Shown: one piece after another, positions 21,014-26,035 of the stretch
Layout: every line of letters begins with the position of its first letter
Numbering within the stretch: position 1 is the stretch's first letter
NCBI RefSeq assembly: GCF_000143415.4
Contig: NW_003314289.1
Location: forward strand, 1,202,652 to 1,228,686
DNA from: Selaginella moellendorffii
Lineage: Eukaryota; Plantae; Lycopodiophyta
DNA: 26,035 nucleotides
Direction of reading: 5' to 3'
The notes under the pieces: model-generated
The model's database searches: none
The model's input: only the letters and a program-made list of their open reading frames with translations
What the model was told of the DNA's origin: nothing
Program-made: the position numbers and the translations under genes

Positions 21014-21272
21014 TAGTTTCCACCTAAGTTAGTTGAGAAATTGGTCATCACATGTGCATTTAGACCAAAAGGGCACTAAGGAAGGAAATTCTAAGTTGTC
21101 ATTTAGTCAAGCATATTTGACACGATAATGAGAAATTCATGTTGTTAGCTTGCACTTGCTAGTGTTGGGAACCCTTACAATATTGAACTTGGTCCCTCAA
21201 TATTCACTAGATGATAGTTTACTATGTTTGCTAAACACCCTCACTATCATACACCTTATGTTAGTACCATTT
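21014..21272 (+). repeat. Diverged ~255-bp direct repeat, copy 1
   Basis: Shares ordered blocks TAGTTGAGAAA.TGGTCA, TGAGAAATTCATGT, CTTGCACTTGCTAGT, GTCCCTCAATAT, ACTATCATAC with 22622-22874. Confidence 0.75.
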
Positions 21273-22621
21273 GATGAATAGTGGTGAAGTGCTATACCAT
21301 TCTGTCTAAGCTTGTTATTGAAGATTTGGGTTACAATGCTCAATTTTTTTTCGGGGAATCTAACTTTTTAGTTTGGTTGGAAAAAAAGTGGCATGAGTTT
21401 ATCTGTGTTTTGAACAAAAGTTAGTGGTGTTGAGTGTTGTATATCTTTATCAGTGGGATGTGGCATTTATATTGCATTTTGTTGAATCAAGTTAGCATTT
21501 GATACTCATGTAAGCTTTTGAAGTAATAATGTAGGCTTGCTTATGGTGTTGCTCAATTGATAATTAAGTCATTGTGATTTTTATATTATATCCATGTGAT
21601 AATGAGTAATATGTTTACGAAGTTGCTTGGTTAAATGATGATCAACCCCAAAATGGTTGATGGTGAAACTAATCTACTTACATATAGTAGCATTGAAATA
21701 GTTTTAACTAAGTTTTAAATGGTGATCCATTATGCTAAGCTTCCATCAATACCTTGTTTCTTTGAGGGGTTGCCTATTGAAGTGTTGGAAAAGGGTTGTA
21801 GCATTCATTTGCTATAACTTGTCAGTTAATCCATTAGCACTTCGAACAGATTGTTGGATGGAGAAGATGTATAGTTAAGGCATTAACTTTGCTAGCACTT
21901 GTGCTGGTAGAGATGACATTATTTTGTTGAGTGATAAGGAACTTTCTTTAGAGCTTGATTTTGTATATCATTTTTCTTGTTAGTGTTTTGGCTTCATATT
22001 GGATCTTGAAAGTGATTGATAAAGAGTATTAGTGCAATATGGATATTTAAAGATATGGTCTTCGTGATTAAGCTTTAGATGTTCATTTTGCATTTTGTGG
22101 ATGTCAAAATATAGACATACTATTAGATCATAAAAATTAGTGTTAAAATGAACCTATATGAAGTTTTTAGTAGAAGGAAGTTGGTTGAGTCTTGAAAGTT
22201 TGTATTTCTAGAATGGAGTCATTCTTTCTCTAGGATGGAAAATTTTCCACAAATTTTCTTAAGCTTTTCCAATGGCTGATCTATTGATCACTTTGCTCGA
22301 AAACCATTCTGTTTTCGTAAGCCTGTACAAACTAGTAAAAGGGTTAAAATTGACTTTGGTTAGCCTAAACCTTAGTAGGTAGTTTGTATGATGGGATGCT
22401 AACTTTTGAGGCTAAAACAATTGAGTTGCATAGAATTTAAAGTTAGTATAAAAAAGTGGCTATTATGCTTTTCTAAAAAAGTGACCCTTGTGCCTTTCTT
22501 TTATAGCGTTGTTGTCACGAATGTGACTTCAGGTATCAAAAGTTACCTGTCAGCTAGTCCTTTCAAATATTCTTTCTTTACTGCCACGACGGCAGGAGGT
22601 CAGTATTGTAAAACCTGTTAG

Positions 22622-22874
22622 TAGTTCCCACTTGAGGTAGTTGAGAAACTGGTCAATGAACATGCACTTAAATTGGATAAACATAAGGTAGGGAACCCTA
22701 TGTGTTTTTTGCTGAGCATACTCAGCCTGGTTTGAGAAATTCATGTCATTGTCTTGCACTTGCTAGTATCAAGAACCCCCGCGTATTAACACTAGTCCCT
22801 CAATATCGCTGAATGATAGCTTACCATATCTGCCAAACATATTTACTATCATACCCTTTGTGTTAGTCTCATTT
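22622..22874 (+). repeat. Diverged ~255-bp direct repeat, copy 2
   Basis: Same ordered blocks as 21014-21272. Confidence 0.75.
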
Positions 22875-22965
22875 CGGTTCTAAATGTTATTTATGGAAAT
22901 TATCTAGATTCACTCATTTGGCATATCTATAGAATATAGAGTTCAGCCTGAACATAATGGTGTTT

Positions 22966-23335
22966 GTCCCATATCCAAATTCCCAATCTAGGGACATTCC
23001 ATATTTAGTAAGTTTCAAGTTTGTCCTAGAGACTAACTCCTGGTATTAAGAGAGGCTTGGGGTGAAAGCCTAAAGCATGTGTTCCTTAGGGGGGGGGGGG
23101 GGGGCGGGGCGGGCGCTATGAGGGATTCCAAATGTATAGTAGGGATAGTGGGTAGGTTGGGCATAGCTGACCAACCTAAGGCATAGTTTAGCTCCTACTT
23201 GCATGCCTGTCCTTGTTCTATGTCCGACTTGGGTCTAAGCCTAAGTTCCATTCCATGCTAGCTGGTGGAGTACCCATATCCTTGTGTTAGGCCACCAATA
23301 TGCTGAAATAGTGCCAGACTCTGTTTGGCTCCATT
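22966..23335 (+). mobile_element. Probable LTR fragment distantly related to the 1-9126 family
   Basis: Ordered motifs GGGTGAAAGCCTAAAGC, CCAAATGTATAGTAGGG and GGAGTACCCAT resemble that family's LTR. Runs into an N gap. Confidence 0.4.
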
Positions 23336-23519
23336 NNNNNNNNNNNNNNNNNNNNNNNNNNNNNNNNNNNNNNNNNNNNNNNNNNNNNNNNNNNNNNNNN
23401 NNNNNNNNNNNNNNNNNNNNNNNNNNNNNNNNNNNNNNNNNNNNNNNNNNNNNNNNNNNNNNNNNNNNNNNNNNNNNNNNNNNNNNNNNNNNNNNNNNNN
23501 NNNNNNNNNNNNNNNNNNN

Positions 23520-26035
23520 TCCACCACTCTTGGATCGAGGACGGCCTAAATATGGCTGAGGTCGAGTAGGCGCCACATCAATATCAGGAATGTGGCTCAA
23601 GACTCAGGAATCGGGAAGTGTCTTGAGAGTCAGGAATAGGGAAGTGTCTCGAGAGTCAAGAATAGGGAAGTGTCTCGAGAATCAGGAATGTGGTCTGCAA
23701 GTCAGGAATCCGGTGAGAGTCAGAAATGTGGCAAGAATTGGGGGATTCCTGACAGCACCCCCTCCTCAAGAACAAGTGGAACGAGAATGTGAATGAGAAC
23801 GACGAGGAGGATGAGATGAGTGGCGAGGGATGGGAGATGGAGAAAAAGAATGAGGACTGGGACGACTAGGATAGCGGCAGTGGAAGTCCTAAACAAGGTC
23901 AGGAGAATGAATCAAGTTGTCTGCAAGTTCCCAAGTGCGTTCTTCAGGCCCGTAACCCTTCCAGTCGACCAGATAGTAGAGTTTAGACCGTGAAATCTTG
24001 GAATCAAGGATGTCCTGAACCTCGTACTCAGACCCATCCTCGAGCTGCACTGGTGGAGGTGGAAGAATGACCCGATTGGGAACAGGACTAGGAATATAAG
24101 GCTCAAGGAGAGAGGAATGAAAAACGGGGTGAATTTGATATGAGGAGGGAAGTGCAAGGCGATAAGTGACAGGATTAATGATGGCAGTGATAGGGAAAGG
24201 ACCGAGGCGTTTGAAATCAAGTTTTGGACAGTGCCTGGTGGTGGAGATATTTCGCCTGAGGAGCCAAACTTTATCCCCGATATTATAAGGGGGACAATCC
24301 TGACGATGGACATTGGCAAATGTTTTGTGAGATTCCTAAGCACGATGGAGGTGGAAGGAGATGGAGTTGTGGATTTCTTGGAGGTTGGAGACAAATGCCT
24401 TAGAGCGGGGATTTGAATGAGAGGATTCGGATGGAGAAGGAAGTGAGAGATTGAATCGGGGATTTCGGCCAGAGTTTGCAAAGAAGGGGGAAATTCGAAG
24501 AGAGGAGTGAATAGAGTTGTTATAGGAGAACTCAGCAAGGGGAAGGATATCAAACCAGTTATCCTGATGATAGTTGATGAAGCACCTCAAGAATTGTTCC
24601 AACGTCTGAATCATTCGCTCAGACTGCCCATCAGTTTGAGGATGATACGCCGAAGAGAGGTTGGCCTTCACTCCAAGCAGCTGCAAAAACCATTGCCAGA
24701 AATGAGAGATGAACTGAGGCCCCCGATCCGAAACCACATCTGTAGGAATCCCATGAAGTCGGAAAATTTCCCTGAATACCAGTTTTGCCATGTCCTCGCC
24801 CGAAAACTCCTTGGTACATGGCAAGAAGTGCGCCATCTTTGTGAAGCGATCCACCATGACTAAAATGCTGCTGAAGCCTCCAGAACTCGAAAGATCACTC
24901 AAGAAATCCATGGAGATGGATTCCCAAGGACCTGAAGGGACCGGAAGGGAACGAAGCAAACCTGAAGGAAGGTGGCGAGGTACCTTATTCCGGGCGCAAG
25001 TGTCACAGGAGGTAACAAAAGCTTTGATGTAGTCGTCCATGTGAGGCCACCAAAAGTCCCGTACAACTAGCTCATAGGTTTTNNNNNNNNNNNNNNNNNN
25101 NNNNNNNNNNNNNNNNNNNNNNNNNNNNNNNNNNNNNNNNNNNNNNNNNNNNNNNNNNNNNNNNNNNNNNNNNNNNNNNNNNNNNNNNNNNNNTAAGAAC
25201 TCGAACTCGTCAAATCGCCGGCAGTCGGGAGTCACAGAGTGTCCATCCTGAAGATGGGGGAAAATGTCGCTGGCGAGATCATCGGATTGAAGATCGTTTC
25301 TGATGGCATCCATCAAGGAGGAGTCCTGAGGGGCCAGGGAAATTGCCATAACTTGAAGCTGATCAGGACCGAGGATAATTTGATCCTGTTGATCGAAGGC
25401 AGGATTACCAGGCCTGAGACTGAGATAGGAGTGCCTTGAAAGAGCATCAGGAAGGCCTTGAAGCTTTCCAGGTCTGTACTTGATAAAAAAGTCAAACCGA
25501 CTCAGGAATTGTGCCCACCTTGCTTGACGACGGCTTAAAACTCGGGAAGCGGCAAAGTACTCAAGATTTTTGTGATCCGTCCAAACTGTTGTTTGATGGC
25601 CCGCCCCCTCCAAGAAACGGCACCACTCTCCAAAGGAATCCACGATGCCAAGGAGCTCCTTGTCGTGGATTTCGTAATTGATCTCCGCAGGCTGGAATTT
25701 CCGAGAATGGAAAGCGACCGGATGAAGTTCTTGATCCGCTCCGAGTTGAGACAGCACAGCACCGATGGCAAAGTCGGAGGCATCAGCATCGATGAAGAAA
25801 GGTTGTGAGGAATCAGCATGGATCAAAACGAGAGCAAAACTGAAGGCTACCTTGAGTGTGTCGAAGGCATGTTGGGCAGCAGTAGACCAAGAGAAGGGAA
25901 CATCCTTGCGAGTGAGATGCGTGAGAGGAAGGACAATGTCAGAGTAGTGATCAATGAATTTGCGGTAGAAGTTGGCGAAGCCAAGGAAAACCTGAACATC
26001 CGACATTGATTGTGGAGGCTCCCACTCGAAAATAG
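23520..26035 (-). mobile_element. 3' part of a Tcn1-like chromovirus (Ty3/gypsy): RNase H, integrase, chromodomain, PPT, partial 3' LTR
   Basis: PPT GAGGAGGGGGTGC (about 23755-23768), then LTR start TGTCAGGAATCC at 23754 running into the N gap at 23336-23519. The LTR has about three 26-bp repeats at 23601-23690. Confidence 0.88.
23766..26035 (-). pseudogene. pol: Pol C-terminal part with premature stops (RT connection, RNase H, integrase, GPF motif, chromodomain)
   Basis: FLGFANFYRKFI, DASDFAIGAVLSQ, NYEIHDKELL, TDHKNLEYF, SMDF/SDRG/GQSER. After the TAG at 24336-24338 the same frame continues with RLGPF...IHPVFH...EYEVQDILDSKISRSKLYYLVDWKGYGPEERTWE. Second TAG at 23889-23891; N gap at 25083-25193. 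Confidence 0.9.

Noticed and set aside
23241-23600. ORFs spanning N runs, and the poly-G near 23088-23104
   Set aside because: The ORFs are assembly-gap artefacts, and the homopolymer is unreliable near a gap.

Overview
This is a repeat-rich land-plant nuclear window. A non-seed plant such as a lycophyte is inferred from 53-91 nt introns, a tau-class GST and a Tcn1-like chromovirus. From left to right: (1) 1-9126 is a decayed non-autonomous Ty3/gypsy-type LTR family, with a full copy (1091-8204, TSD GACTC) nested in the 3' LTR of a sister copy. Its LTRs carry GAGATGGA(G)YCC tandem arrays, and its internal region holds a 5' tRNA-iMet fragment, two tRNA T-arm hairpins and a dense run of stem-loops. 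(2) 9981-15401 is a single insertion flanked by one 5-bp TSD (AAGCA) but built from two different LTR elements fused tail-to-tail. One is a 394-bp TRIM (+) and the other a young 4.9-kb gypsy element (-). They have near-identical LTR termini, and each carries an extra PBS beyond its 3' LTR. The insertion splits an exon of an alpha/beta-hydrolase-like pseudogene. (3) 17131-17869 is an intact two-exon tau GST. (4) An AT-rich stretch follows, with Copia remnants, a 68-bp palindrome and a diverged repeat pair. (5) 23520-26035 is the 3' part of a Tcn1-like chromovirus (-) with premature stops. All calls were made by eye; no searches were run.
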